Assembly: GCA_950097015.1 (NCBI GenBank)
Contig: CATNEN010000030.1
Span: forward strand, 3,658,001 to 3,722,000
Direction: 5' to 3'
Origin: Macrostomum hystrix
Lineage: Eukaryota > Animalia > Platyhelminthes
Length of the DNA stretch: 64,000 bases
Positions 37,128 to 49,182 of the stretch are shown here, piece after piece (position 1 is the first letter of the stretch; each line of letters begins with the position of its first letter). The notes below the pieces were generated by a model. It saw nothing but the letters and a program-made list of their open reading frames with translations, ran no database searches and was not told the origin of the DNA. The position numbers were made by a program, and so were the translations under genes.

Positions 37128-40100
37128 ATGGACGAATCGGAACGCAGGTAAGCTGGTAACAATGTCTTGCGTGTCAAATCAATTCATTAACAACAGGATG
37201 ATGTGGTTTGGAGCAGTTTGAGCATCGTGTCGTGCTAGCACTCGACTCACTAATCCGCCAGATTAGTGGCGAGTGCTTCGAGTTTTCCAGGAAATGTTCG
37301 ACCCCGCAGCCCACTCAGCCAAATTGAGTCCGGCGCCCTCGTCTCGAACCGGAAATTGCGTGTCGCCTCACCTGGCTGCCGCCACTGAAGAGCCGAAATA
37401 TAGGAAATCAATTGATCGAGCCGTTTGACTGCCAGACTGACAGACGGCCTCTATAAAAACCAATGGAAACCAGAGTATAATTTCATTCTGTTTGAGCTCA
37501 CTGGTGCCCATATACTGACAGTTTCAGGTTTTCCGGCGCTCAGCAATTTCGCTATCCGACGGGTAACAAAGCTGAGAGCTTGCAATCTGGTCACAACCAG
37601 CACCACCTACAGCATCAGCTTCAGCACCATCACCTGTCCCAGCATCAGCACCAGCTGCATCACCAGCTGCATCATCAGCATCACTATCCCAGCTCAACTG
37701 GCATGCATTCCGCCTCATCTGGAGCCGTCCTTGTCGGCGACATTGACGACAAGGACGACGCCGCGGAGAGGGCCTTCAAAAAACTTCGACGCTGTGAGTA
37801 CTGGCGACCGAAACTTCCAACCACCGAAACTTCCAACCACCGAAACTTCCAACCACCGAAACTTCCAACCACCGAAACTTCCAACCACCGAAACTTCCAA
37901 CCACCGAAACTTCCAACCACCGAAACTTCCAACCACCGAAACTTCCAACCACCGAAACTTCCAACCACCGAAACTTCCAACCACCGAAACTTCCAACCAC
38001 CGAAACTTCCAACCACCGAAACTTCCAACCACGAAGCTTCCCATCACAGAAACCTCCCACCACCAAAACTTCCAACCACCGAAACTTCCCACCAGCGAAA
38101 CTTCCCACCACCGACACTTCCCACCACCGAAACTTCCCACCAATGAAACTTCCCACAAAATGAAACTTCCCACCAATGAAACTTCCCACAAAATGAAACT
38201 TCCCACCACCGAAACTTCCCATCGCCGAAACTTCCCACCACCAAAATTTCCCCTCACAGATACCGAAACGAAACTGAAAAATAACTAAAAGTTTCTAAGA
38301 TAAAAACTCCCAAGACTTTTCGATGAATGAAATTGCTCGCTTGTTTTAATTTTAGTAAGTCAAAGCTTTCATTTTAAAAAGCCATATTAAAAAAATTGAG
38401 TACACAGAAATTCGAGAAACACTTTCTTTGAAGAAGCTGGCTTAAAAGAGAAAGAAATGCTAGAAGAAAAACCATGTGGCTTTGATTATATAAACTAATT
38501 TGAGTCAATTTTCACACCAAGCTAATAACAGAAAAAATTTTAAAAAATGTGTCTCAACAATCCTATAGTTTGAGTCGGGTCGATAATTGTCATGCAGTCT
38601 GATTAATTCATACAGAGTGTTAAGATTGGGGCGCTTGAACAAGCCCAGATCCCCTGCGGGCATTGTGGGCCGTACAAAGGTGGGCCAGTAACTAGGCCAT
38701 CCTAATATCCGCAGCCTCGAATCTGCTTCTTTTCCCATCTCCGGTTGCTCAATCTTTTGTTGTCTTTGCCGCCGCCTTTTTCGCCCCAACACAAGAACTG
38801 AAGAAACCCCTCAGTAACTCGCACAGACTTAGAATGTGGGAATCGAAAATTAAGAGGGCCTATATAAAGGCGGTCGCGGTACTCTGGTCGCAAAGCACCG
38901 ACACACTCACACTGACACCATGGAGGCTGAGGATAGGATTAAAATCCCACCAATGATTCCCTTTGCTGCGTTGGTTCGTCGACTGATTGTCATTCCAGGT
39001 AAAAAAATAAACTATTGATTGATCACTTTGGCAGGTGTTGCTTTTGCAACTCTGCTCTGTTCTATTATCCCCAAGAACACTTGGGATTCCAAGGAAAATT
39101 TAATTTTACGATATACACGAGCTATAACCATAAATCATTCAATGATAGTTACTAAACACAGATAATAAATTTTAATCAAGATCAAATGAAAATGCACAAA
39201 AATTCTAGTGATGGACTCAGACTTGTAATGGAATAGAATCGGAGTTGAAATAGAATAGAATCGGAGTTGTACTGGAATAGAATCGGAGTTGTACTGGAAT
39301 AGAATCGGAGTTGTACTGGAATAGAATCGGTCACCAAGCTTGTCACTCAGTCACCAAGCCTGTCACTAAGTCACCAAGCTTGTCACTCAGTCACCAAGCC
39401 TGTCACTCAGTCACCAAGCTTGTCACTCAGTCACCAAGCCTGTCACTCAGTCACCAAGCTTGTCACTCAGTCACCAAGCCTGTCACTCAGTCACCAAGCT
39501 TGTCACTCAGTCACCAAGCCTGTCACTCAGTCACCAAGCTTGTCACTCAGTCACCAAGCCTGTCACTCAGTCAACAAGCCTGTCACTCAGTCACCAAGCT
39601 TGTCACTCAGTCACCAAGCCTGTCACTCACTCTGCCACATGCCAGGTCACTCAGGTGTGAACCAGCTTGGCGGGGTTTTCGTCAACGGTCGGCCGCTGCC
39701 CGAAGGCACTCGCAAGAAGATTGTCGAGTTGAGCCACAGCGGCGCCAGGCCGTGTGACATCTCCCGAATCCTGCAGGTGTCAAACGGCTGCGTGTCGAAG
39801 ATCCTGACCAGGTACTATGAGACTGGCAGCGTTCAGCCCAGGGCCATTGGGGGCAGCAAGCCGAGGGTGGCCACCGACCGGGTGGTGCGCCGAGTCTGCG
39901 ACATGAAGAAGGAGTGCCCGAGCATCTTCGCTTGGGAGATTCGCGAGAGGCTGGTCCAGGAGGGCGTCTGCTCTGCCAGCAGCGTGCCCAGCGTGAGTTC
40001 TGGGATTAATGCTGATCAACTTTGGATAATTGACGACATCGTTACTGTAATTGCTACGTTACGCAACGAGATGATATTTTTACAGTTCTTACAGAATGTC

Positions 40101-43100
40101 ATTTATTTCCTGTCCACACAATCCAGGTATCGTCCATCAATCGCGTCCTACGCAACGTGAACCAGGACGCGCAGAAGAAGCTGATGCTGTCGAGCGTCTA
40201 CGATCGGTTCAACATGCGCATGGCCGCCGCAGCCGCAGCCAGCCAGCATCCGCACTGGGGCACGGCGCCGTGGTACTTCAGCGCCGCGCCAGCTTTCGCT
40301 GCGGCCACCAGTGCCGACCAAAGTCAGCAGCAGCAGCAGCAACAGCATCTGCCGCAGCCACAACCGGCTCACTCACAGCACCATCACCAGGCGTCGGGCT
40401 ATGCTAGTGCTCTGACTCACGCTCACGCAGCCGCTGCCGCCGCTGCCGCTGCCGCTGCCGCCGCTGCCGCTGCAGCTGCCGAAGAAGGCAAACAAGGTAG
40501 TAATAATAATAATTGCAGGAGGGCTGCGGGCAATGGCACATCATTTGGTGACACTAGACTCGCAGCTAGCGAGGAGGCAATTCTGCGCATTTCGCTGACT
40601 CCTGAGCACACACGCACACAGACACCTTACGCAGGCACACGCTCACACAGGTGTGTACATCTGCCCTGACTTTCTCATCGTCAGGAAGTGTACACTTTCA
40701 TTGTACTTTGGAGGTTGGCCCTCAAGACCCCAAACCTTCTCTCCGTGGCTGCGCTCCAAATAAATGTGGCCTCGCCGCGGAATCGAGCTCAGGGACCTTG
40801 TGCAAGGTGCGAGAGACAAACATGTTAACCGCTCTGCCACTAACCCCTTAAACGAGAGTTGTCTATGGTAGAAAGGGTCGCGCCTAGTCAATTGAAGATA
40901 TCGTAAAAGAGGAGCCAAGGGCCCCGAACCTCGTATCAACATATCAATAAAGAATTTAAAGAAACTTTTATTTTCAGGCTATGTCTCCGCAGCTGCAGCA
41001 GCCGCGGCCGCAGCTGAGGCCCTGGCAGAGCCAGGGGGTGTCAGCGGGCAGCAGGCGGCAGTGCCAGACAGCAGCTGCTGGTCGGACAGCGAAGACATCA
41101 AAGGCCGGAGCGTTTCGGTTAGAAACACCAACGATGGAGGGGGAGAGTCTAGCGATGAAGATGAGGACGATCTCGAAGACGAGGATGAATCAGGCGGCCG
41201 GCAGCGACTGCAGCAACAGTCATCGTCGAACCAGCAGCACCAGAAGCGATCGCTTCAAAGGCATCGGATCTCATTTTCGCAGCAGCAGTTGGACATTCTG
41301 GAAGCTGGTGAGTGGCAGCTTCTCTCTGCTCCGCGACTTCTCACAAACTGGTTCAAATGAGACGGCTTGTTGCAGTGATATGTGTGTCTTGCTCAAGGAC
41401 GCTAATTGTTCTTGTTCGAGATTCGAACTCCCGACCTCTCACTTAGGAGTCCAAAGCTCTAACCGCTAGACTTTAGTCTTGTGAATGTTAAAAAATCAAG
41501 GAAATATTCTTTGTCCCTCGTGATGATTCGCAGAGTTCAGCCGCAGCCACTACCCGGATCCGTACTCACGCGAGGACCTGGCCAGACGAGCCTGTGTTTC
41601 AGAGTCGCGCATTCAAATCTGGTTTTCAAATCGGCGCGCAAAATGGCGCCGCGAGGAGGGCATCAAAGACGGGGCCGAGCCGGTCGACGGAGCCAGCGGA
41701 AGCGGCGGTGGCGGCGCAGCAGCTGGCGGAGCGAAGAATCTTAGAAAGCTGACTGCGGTTGCCGAGGCAACTTCAACTGGCGAACAGCCACCGGTGCCGC
41801 CGCCACCGTCGCAGCCGCAGCTGAACCACAGACTCAGCCTGGCCGCCAGACAGTACCAGCAGAACATGGCCGCCGCTGCCTTCAGCATTGGTCACGTTCC
41901 ATTTGGCATGTACCCAACAGCCCAGCCGACTGATGCTATTGTACAGCAGCAGCAGTCACAGCAGACTCAGCCTGTGAGCCATCAGTCCCAGGATCTGCAG
42001 TCTGGAACAGGCAGATACGCTAGCGGCCAGGACCAGTCCATTGCGAATCAGCAGCCCCAGCTGAGCGGAGCCAGCGGCGGATATTTTGACATTTCAAAAG
42101 CGGCCGCCACTTATTCACTGCTGGGTGCCGGGCCGCACGCCCCGGGTGCACACCACGCCGCCGCTGCCGCCGCCGTTTATGGCGGATTCGCGCCAGCTGC
42201 TTCTACTCATAGTAGTGAGTGCTTTTGTTTAAATGTTATTGTATTTTATTGGCTTGCGTTTTTATACAACGCCATTTAGGTCTGGAATGAAATAAATAGA
42301 CCAAATTAGTTAGGAGAGACAGGTGAGAGATGAGACACGTGAGAGATGAGACAAGTGAGAGATGAGACAAGTGAGAGATGAGACACGTGAGAGATGAGAC
42401 AGGTGAGAGATGAGACAGGTAAGAGATGAGGCAGGTGAGAGATGAGACAGACGAGAGATGAGACAGATGAGAGATGAGACAGGTGAGAGATGAGACAGGT
42501 GAGAGATGAGACAGGTAAGAGATGAGGCAGGTGAGAGATGAGACAGGTGAGAGATGGACAGGTGAGAGATAATAAATGAGACAGGTGAGAGATGAGACAG
42601 GTGAGAGATAAGACAGGTGCGAGATGAGACAGGTGAGAGATGAGACAGGTGAGAGATGAGACAGGTGAGAGATGAGACAGGTGAGAGATGAGACAGGTGA
42701 GAGATGAGACAGATGAGAGATGAGACAGGTGAGAGATGAGACAGATGAGAGATGAGACAGATGAGAGATGAGACAGGTGAGAGATAAGACAGGTGCGAGA
42801 TGAGACAGGTGAGAGATGAGACAGGTGAGAGATGAGACAGGTGAGAGATGAGACAGGTGAGAGATGAGACAGGTGAGAGATGAGACAGGTGAGAGATGGG
42901 ACAGGGTAGACTTTGGTATAGGCCAGATAGGCCAGGACTAGGAGTATAGATAAATGTGATTGCCGACTGCATTTGGCTGAAGGCCCAGGGTTCTAGACAG
43001 GGAAGCCTCCCACATGTAGGATAGAAGCTTACAAATTCGAGTACCTAGTGCAGAAGATTGCATTTCTAAGAAAGCCATTAACGATGCGACCTGTTTCCAC

Positions 43101-43176
43101 AGTGGCAGCCGTCAGTTCTATGAGCAGTCAGTGCGAGGACTACGCTACAATGATGGCTTGGAGCCGATTCCACTGA
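37128..43176 (+). CDS. pax6: Pax6-type paired + homeodomain transcription factor; exons 37128-37147, 37528-37793, 39646-39992, 40127-40496, 40978-41307, 41534-42214, 43103-43176
   Basis: Paired domain [55 protein letters not shown]|[10 protein letters not shown]; homeodomain [28 protein letters not shown] (Ser50). All six introns are GT-AG and phase-consistent; terminal exons are less certain. Confidence 0.92.
37805..38260. repeat. 16-bp minisatellite (CCGAAACTTCCAACCA)n, pax6 intron 2
   Basis: Tandem unit starting about 12 bp after the donor and degenerating distally. Confidence 0.95.
38861..38868 (+). promoter_or_regulatory. Candidate TATA box of an internal pax6 promoter
   Basis: CCTATATAAAGGCG about 55 bp upstream of an ATG-initiated phase-1 exon candidate. 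Confidence 0.45.
38920..38998 (+). CDS. pax6: Candidate alternative first coding exon of pax6 ([27 protein letters not shown])
   Basis: CACCATGG start context; AG|GTAAAA donor in phase 1; splicing to 39646 restores the canonical GHSGVNQ start of the paired domain. Confidence 0.45.
39240..39630. repeat. 22-bp repeat (GGAATAGAATCGGAGTTGTACT, ~4 units) followed by a 20-bp repeat (TCACCAAGCYTGTCACTCAG, ~15 units) abutting the paired-box acceptor
   Basis: Tandem units visible. Confidence 0.95.
40501..40847 (-). mobile_element. tRNA-derived SINE family A, pax6 intron 4
   Basis: A box GGTTAGTGGCAGAGCGG, B box GAGCTCGATTCC, LINE-like 3' end and (TTA)n tail directly after the exon donor. Confidence 0.9.
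41380..41472 (-). mobile_element. SINE family B 5' fragment, pax6 homeobox intron
   Basis: CTAGCGGTTAGAGC..GAGAGGTCGGGAGTTCGAATCTC..GCGTCCTTGAGCAAGACAC. Confidence 0.65.
42315..42900. repeat. 16-bp minisatellite (GAGAGATGAGACAGGT)n, pax6 last intron
   Basis: Tandem unit visible; reverse complement of the unit at 4198-4405. Confidence 0.95.
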
Positions 43177-43685
43177 TCAACCAACTGCAGTTGCGGCTGT
43201 ATGCCACCGACCGGAAATGTAACGCTTATAAAAAAACAAAAAAATAATCATTATAATACTAATATCATTACATAATTGTAAATATAAGTAGTAAACGAAA
43301 AAAATCTGACGACTGGTAGTATTCATGTTTTTTTGTTTTATAGTATAGATGCACAATCTTCACATACGATATGAATCAGTAATTTTTTTCAATCGACACT
43401 TTCTGGCGGAAAATGATGCCTCATTCCCATTTTTATTGTTTACATTGACTCGCTTCGAAAATTTTCTAGCATTCCTTTGTTATAGCTTAGAAAAGCCTCC
43501 CATTGTATTTGAAACGCCTGTGTGTAATTGAAGTTTCATTAGATTGATCTGGATTAGCTGAATTTGCTTATTGTATTCCAGTATTTACGAGTACAGGTCA
43601 ATAAAATAAATTTCGATATCGATGTGCGTGTTAGACTACTTGAAATGTAGTAAAATCATGCATCCCCAGTTTCACTGATGCAGTA

Positions 43686-44240
43686 GTCTATGGCTTAGTA
43701 GTTTATTTCATTTTTCTGAGTGCAAGCTGATGAATACAAAAAATAGACCCCATTTATACAAGTGTCTATGTCTATGGCCATAAATGCTTGAGCGGCTGGT
43801 TTATTGTCGGCGAAGCCGAGTTGGGCATTAATCCTGCACAATAAGTCTATGGTCAGGTGTTGAAAGTTGATTATTATCACCGGTGCAATAAATAAATGCA
43901 GAGAATAAATGCAATGGAGAAAGACCTTTGTACTTTAGTACTTTAGTACTTTGTACTTCACCATATCAAGAATTTTGTCTCCCAACTGATGGATACATAT
44001 AATATTTCCCTTGTGTCTATGGCAAAAAGCTGGGTCAATAAACCAACCACTCAAGCATTTATTACCATAGAAACTAGATAAATGAGAAATACAAACACCA
44101 TTTATGGCCTTAGCACTGGTGTAAATGAATAAGTATTGCTTTTGTCGTGCTATGTGTAACAGTGGATATGCGAAACGAAACTGGCCCATTGAATTCTATG
44201 GCCAAGCGTTTGAATTCACGCGATAAATTAAGCCATAGAC
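43686..44240. mobile_element. Possible non-autonomous TIR element
   Basis: 12-bp inverted termini GTCTATGGCTTA (43686) / TAAGCCATAGAC (44229) with several internal GTCTATGG-like words; no TSD identified. Confidence 0.35.
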
Positions 44241-44336
44241 AACTCAATTTGTCATGCTACTCGTATATGGAACGACGAGCCATTCGTCCCGGGCAATATA
44301 TACCTAGATCTGTCACCAGAGCAGCGACGCTGACAG

Positions 44337-47300
44337 TCACACTGGCGTGACGGTGGTGAAGGCGGCGTCGCCAGTCAAGCCGAGTCCCGTCCAGTCGGAC
44401 AGCTTGGCCAGCACGGGAAACCAGACTGCGTCGATCTGCAGGATCATTCGCAGGGTTCGCACAGTGTAGAAGACGTCGCGAAATTCGTTAACTTCGTTCA
44501 TTGCGCTAACCAGCAGGGCGATGATGAAGTTCAGGACTAGCACGACGAACACCAGGACGAAGATGATGTGTGCGATGCTGGCCTCGGAGTGGCCGACGCT
44601 GTCGTCCCGGCTGACCAGCTCCAGCGGTCTCTCAGTGTTCAGACTGAGGCTGAAGGCGTAGAACACCTTCGGGATTGAAGACATTTTTTGTAGACATGGA
44701 ATTTGCGAGTGTTGCTTTCCATACCAAAATCGGACAATTTTCCGCCTGTGAAATTCCCCCAAGCATTTTTGACAAACTCTAAGAGAGAAATAAAAAATTC
44801 TGTACTCAAGACTCGCAACTTGAAGGTCGGGGGCTCGATTTTTAACTACAACGGAACAATATTCCTTATCAAGACACTTTAATCTGCATTGCTTCAGTTC
44901 ACTCTGCTGGTAAATGGGTACTAGAATTAGGGTGGGGCTGTGGCGTCTCCCCAGTCCATGGACTGAACAGCCGCGCAATAGCTGCACAGCTATCCGGATT
45001 ATTGAAGGATTATTTATTTAATAAAATATTAGTTTTCAAAAATCAACTGAAATCATGAATCAAAGTGAGAAATTTTAAGGCTATGAAAGCATCCCATCTC
45101 CCATCCATCCCATCTGAAAAAGGTTAATTATCTAAATTAGTTGCGGTGGAAATTCTGGGTGAGTGGCAGAGCGGTCTAATGCATTTTCCGCTCGCACCAG
45201 GGTCCCTGAGCTCGATTCCGAGGCGAGGCCACATTTATTTGGGGCGCAGCCGCGGAGAGAACGCTTGGGGGGCTTGTCGTGCAATTTACTCCAATAAGGA
45301 CCAACCTCCAAGGCGCTGTGAAATTGTACACTGCCTGACCATGAGAAAGTCAGAGCAGATGTACACACCTGTGTGAGTGTGTGCTCAGGAGTCAGCGTCA
45401 CCAAATTATGTGCCGTTGCCCGCAGACCTCCTGCAATTAATTTTTTAGTATGTTTTTTAGGATGGGGATGAAATTTGAGTAGGTTTGGCGGCCCCCAGTC
45501 CGTGGATCGAACAGCTTCACAATGCGTTACGCAGTCTCGGGTAATTCCTATCAATTTATCAAACTGCGCAATCAGCGGCACAATGCCCAAGTCAGTTGGC
45601 GCTCACCTGGCAAAGCCAGCTGGAGTGGAACTCTTGCAGCGACAATAGCGCGTCGTCGCCAACTCCGCCGTGGATTCTGATTGACGCGAAGCTGACGGAC
45701 GAGAAAATCCTGGAGAAGATGCTCAGCACAACCAAGTAGATGGCGGCGAAGTGTAGAAAGCGCGAGAACATGCAGCGGAATGCGTACACAACCGGGCCAA
45801 GGTGTGGTATCATCTCCAGGTAATACACGATGAGGATGTGCAGGAACAGGTAGCACAGGTGGAAGATTATCCTTAATGACAGGAACACGTGGGCAACGCG
45901 CTCCTGTGGAAGTGTTCAGTATTTCATATAATAATTTAGATTGGCAATGCAACACACGAGTCGTTTCAAAATAATCCCACGATATTCCTAGCATTTCAGA
46001 TGAAATTATCAGGTTTAAGAATTGGGGTCCTGCATTTTGACCCAAGTCTCTCGGAAGCCTTGGCTTAATTATTGATTCTTCGAGAACAGACTTGTTACAC
46101 AACGACTTTACAACAGCTGCCATCGTTAGCTGGGGTAGAAATTGGGGTCCATGGACTGAACAGTTGTACGCAGCCAATCGATACATCGTTGACACTCGCT
46201 GCATGAATTAGTCCAGCTGGGCTAGGTGTGATTTCTTCATCTTCTTTTTGTGAAATTAATTAAGTTTGTTTAATTTGCTATCAGGTCTAAGCTACGCAGA
46301 ATGCCAGAGAATTTTAAAGCAACAACTACCTCAGTGAGCAGCCGCTTAAAATGAAACAGAAAGGAGAACAGGGGGCTCTTCGGACACGGCAGGTAGGAAA
46401 TCCGCACGGAGCACAGAATGAAGCAGAACAGGATGAGGCCGAAGCGACAGACGCTGGCCAGCCAATCCTGGTCCATCCATCCGGTTTCCATGACAACTAG
46501 GAACTTCTTGTAGGCTAGGCGACCGTCTCTGTTTAGGCGTCGCTTAGCAACCAGACGCTGAACGGAGCGCACAGTGTGCCACAGCAACAGGAAGATGCTC
46601 ACGGATATGTAGGCGATGCGAATCGTCGTGAAAATGTCCCCATTGTCCATCACGGGCGTCAGCAGAAGCGGGGCAATGTCGCTGCTGAGACGATCAGCTT
46701 CGGGCGCGACTGCAGCGTCTGTGTCGTTTTCCATCGTGATGTTTGCTTTACTAAAATTTTTAAATGTGTGCTTAATACCCTTGCTGTTTGGTAGTCTTCA
46801 ATTTCTTAACTGTGGAAAGATCACGCTATTTTGTCCACTGGGCAAGGACCACAGGGGTATTTCAAATACCCACTGCCTAGTTCACGAAAACTCCCTAATC
46901 GAATTTCAGATTTTCGTGAAAGTTCACCTCATGAATCACAATTTTCCGCCCTTTACGATGAACAAATTTTAAAAGCCGTTAGACGTAAGCATCTTGTCCA
47001 AGATGCTTACGTGGTATTTCAACTGTCTTACTTCTGTTGAGCAATGCTAAGCACTTACAACCAGTTTTTGCCGCTCAGTCGAATCTTCTGCCTGCCAACA
47101 TTCTCCAGAACTTTAAGGTCGAACACGACAACGCTGTAGAAGGAGACCCGCATCACCTCCTGGCTGAAGCACATCTGCGTTGACGTGGTCGCCTGCGGCA
47201 TCTGCATCTCCAATGGGATCTGCATCATGACGACAAGGGAGAGCCAGAACAGCGCCACCGGGATGCAGATGGCGATGTTCCTGCGCCACAGCTGGCCAAT

Positions 47301-48294
47301 CATGTGCCGAATCACCGGGTGCTTCAGTATCTCACTGCTTCGCAGCTCCTTGAAGTCCGCTTTGCTTTAGTTGTCAATGGTGGCATTTTAAAATAGATTT
47401 TAGACAAAGTGTGTTTAGATTTTAATATTGTGCTTTGAGTTAGCATCCCGCAAGACCATTCCACCGAGCGTAACCTTACCGCATCTGCGAAAGCAACAGC
47501 ACCGGGTTCCTGAGCTGTCGGCAGGCCTCTCCAGGTCGCCTGGCATAGCCGTGCAGCTGATAGCGCTTCACCTGCAGATTGCCAGCCAGCTGTGTCTCCT
47601 GGTACACACCCGGTGTCTCCAGCATTGCTACTGCCAACCGGAAGCAGCGCAGTTTGATGGCCAACTCCACCGGCCGGAAACCACCCAGATCCTCCGCCAG
47701 CAGCAGTTCGCGCAGCCTTTTCAACGCCATCAAGGAGCCGTGAGTCAGCTGATTGTAGAGCGCCACGTAGCAGGCCTCCCGCTCCAGCTGATAGTGCGCG
47801 CCCCAGCACAGCGCGTGCAGCACGCTGCTCTCGTTGGTGTCCTTGGCGCACCAGACAGCCGGAGCGCCACCAAATCGGCGGGCCAGAACGCGGGCGCACT
47901 CAGCCGCAGCGCTGAATGCGCACAGATGTGTCAGCCGGTGAAAGGAGATGCGCTTGCAGCCCGGCGGACTGCGGTAGGCCAGCGTCAGCTGTCGGTGTGC
48001 GTCGTCGGCGTCCAGCAACTCGGACAGCTCGTTTGCGTCGTCCTTTTGGACGGCCAAGCACCAGCGATTCAGGGTCTCGGGCGCCAGGCCGAAGATGGCA
48101 GCTTCTGGGAAGCCAAACCTCTTCGCCGAGGCTGTCGATGCAGTGGAATTTGTGAATAAGCTTGGCAGCTTCAAGCGCGATCGAACTGCTGACCATCGAA
48201 GACGCCACTGCGAATTTTTCGGCTTCCGTCTTGGCATCTCGGCTCGAGTGAGCGAGTAGCTGTCCTTTTTGCGTGTCGGTCGCGGCAGCCGCAT
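44337..48294 (-). CDS. Divergent TRPV-like cation channel, 722 aa; exons 48294-47480, 47364-47059, 46750-46330, 45903-45607, 44666-44337
   Basis: Phase-consistent model (2169 nt). Degenerate ankyrin-like motifs (KDTNESSVLHAL, EDLGGFRPVELAIKL), HPVIRHMIGQLW pre-S1, multiple TM segments, S4-S5 linker (LEMIPHLGPVVYAF) and S6 VLVLNFIIALLVSAMNEV. Confidence 0.8.
44820..44995 (+). mobile_element. SINE family B
   Basis: GAAGGTCGGGGGCTCGATT..TCCTTATCAAGACAC..GTAAATGGGTAC..CCATGGACTGAACAGC; a further 3' fragment lies at ~46100-46190. Confidence 0.65.
45157..45442 (+). mobile_element. tRNA-derived SINE family A with an internal deletion in the 3' domain
   Basis: GGGTGAGTGGCAGAGCGG..GAGCTCGATTCC head; the 3' part jumps from GTCAGCG to TCACCAAAT. 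Confidence 0.85.
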
Positions 48295-48782
48295 GTCTCC
48301 AAACGCCAGTTAAAGTCGATTTGAAATTCAATAGGCGCAATTGCTCGGGTCCTGAAGAGCTGAGCAAACAGAAATTTTTCCTCATTTGTAGTCGCTACGT
48401 GACGCAAAAGCTTGGTTTGGATTGTGCTGTTTGCTGGAACTGTCCTGGCAGATCCGGATCCAAGTTAGATAAATCCTCGGTTTGGGTGATATATGGCCAC
48501 AAAGATTGAGATGCCGCTAGCTGTTGCAGTTGTTGCCTTAACTTTATCGTCGGGTAAATATTATCGCGACCATCTGCTGCAAGTTCGTTCGCTAGTCGCT
48601 GCTGATTTATTGCACACGGTAAGTTTTTATCAGTTTGGATAAAATTTCGAATTTTCGAAAAACTTCAGGAAAGTGTTTTAATGCGCAGATATTTTTGTAA
48701 TAACATTTTCTCTTGATTCTGTTCGTGTCTCTATAATCACCATTATGTACTGCAATACTGATAACAAATTGATTTGCTTGAA

Positions 48783-49182
48783 CATAATAATAATAATAAT
48801 TTGACACTAGACCCAAGGGCCAGTGCAGGTGTTGTGTGTCAAGCACACTAGCAGGTGGGGACTGCACACCTATTGTACTCTCGGCTCTCTCGGACACCGG
48901 TTGACAGCCGCGTGTCAGCAATGTAATTTATTTTTTTCCAAACATATCGGCAGCATCCAAACCCCACAGAATTGCCGCACAGAACTGCTTTATTCCACGC
49001 CAGCCCGAATTATTATTACCCGACGAAATGTCGGTACTCATTTGCAGCTGAGTAGACTGTGTGCACATCAGGGCAAAGCAGCTTGCCAAGGGCTGCACGA
49101 ATAGTTCTAGACTAGGTCGGGAGTCGAACCCAGGACCATCTGATCCAGAGTCCGACACCTTACTGACTGAGCTATCCGCCCA
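48783..49182 (-). mobile_element. tRNA-derived SINE (third family or family B relative) with (ATT)n tail
   Basis: Head GGGCGGATAGCTCAGTCAGTAAGG..GGGTTCGACTCCC; CTTGGCAAG..CAGCTGCAAATGAGTACC Nin-like motif; ends GGGTCTAGTGTCAAATTATTATT. Confidence 0.7.

Noticed and set aside
49110-49182. tRNA gene
   Set aside because: A and B boxes are present, but the acceptor stem is not closed and the sequence continues into a SINE body and tail. The other tRNA-like heads are likewise SINE parts.
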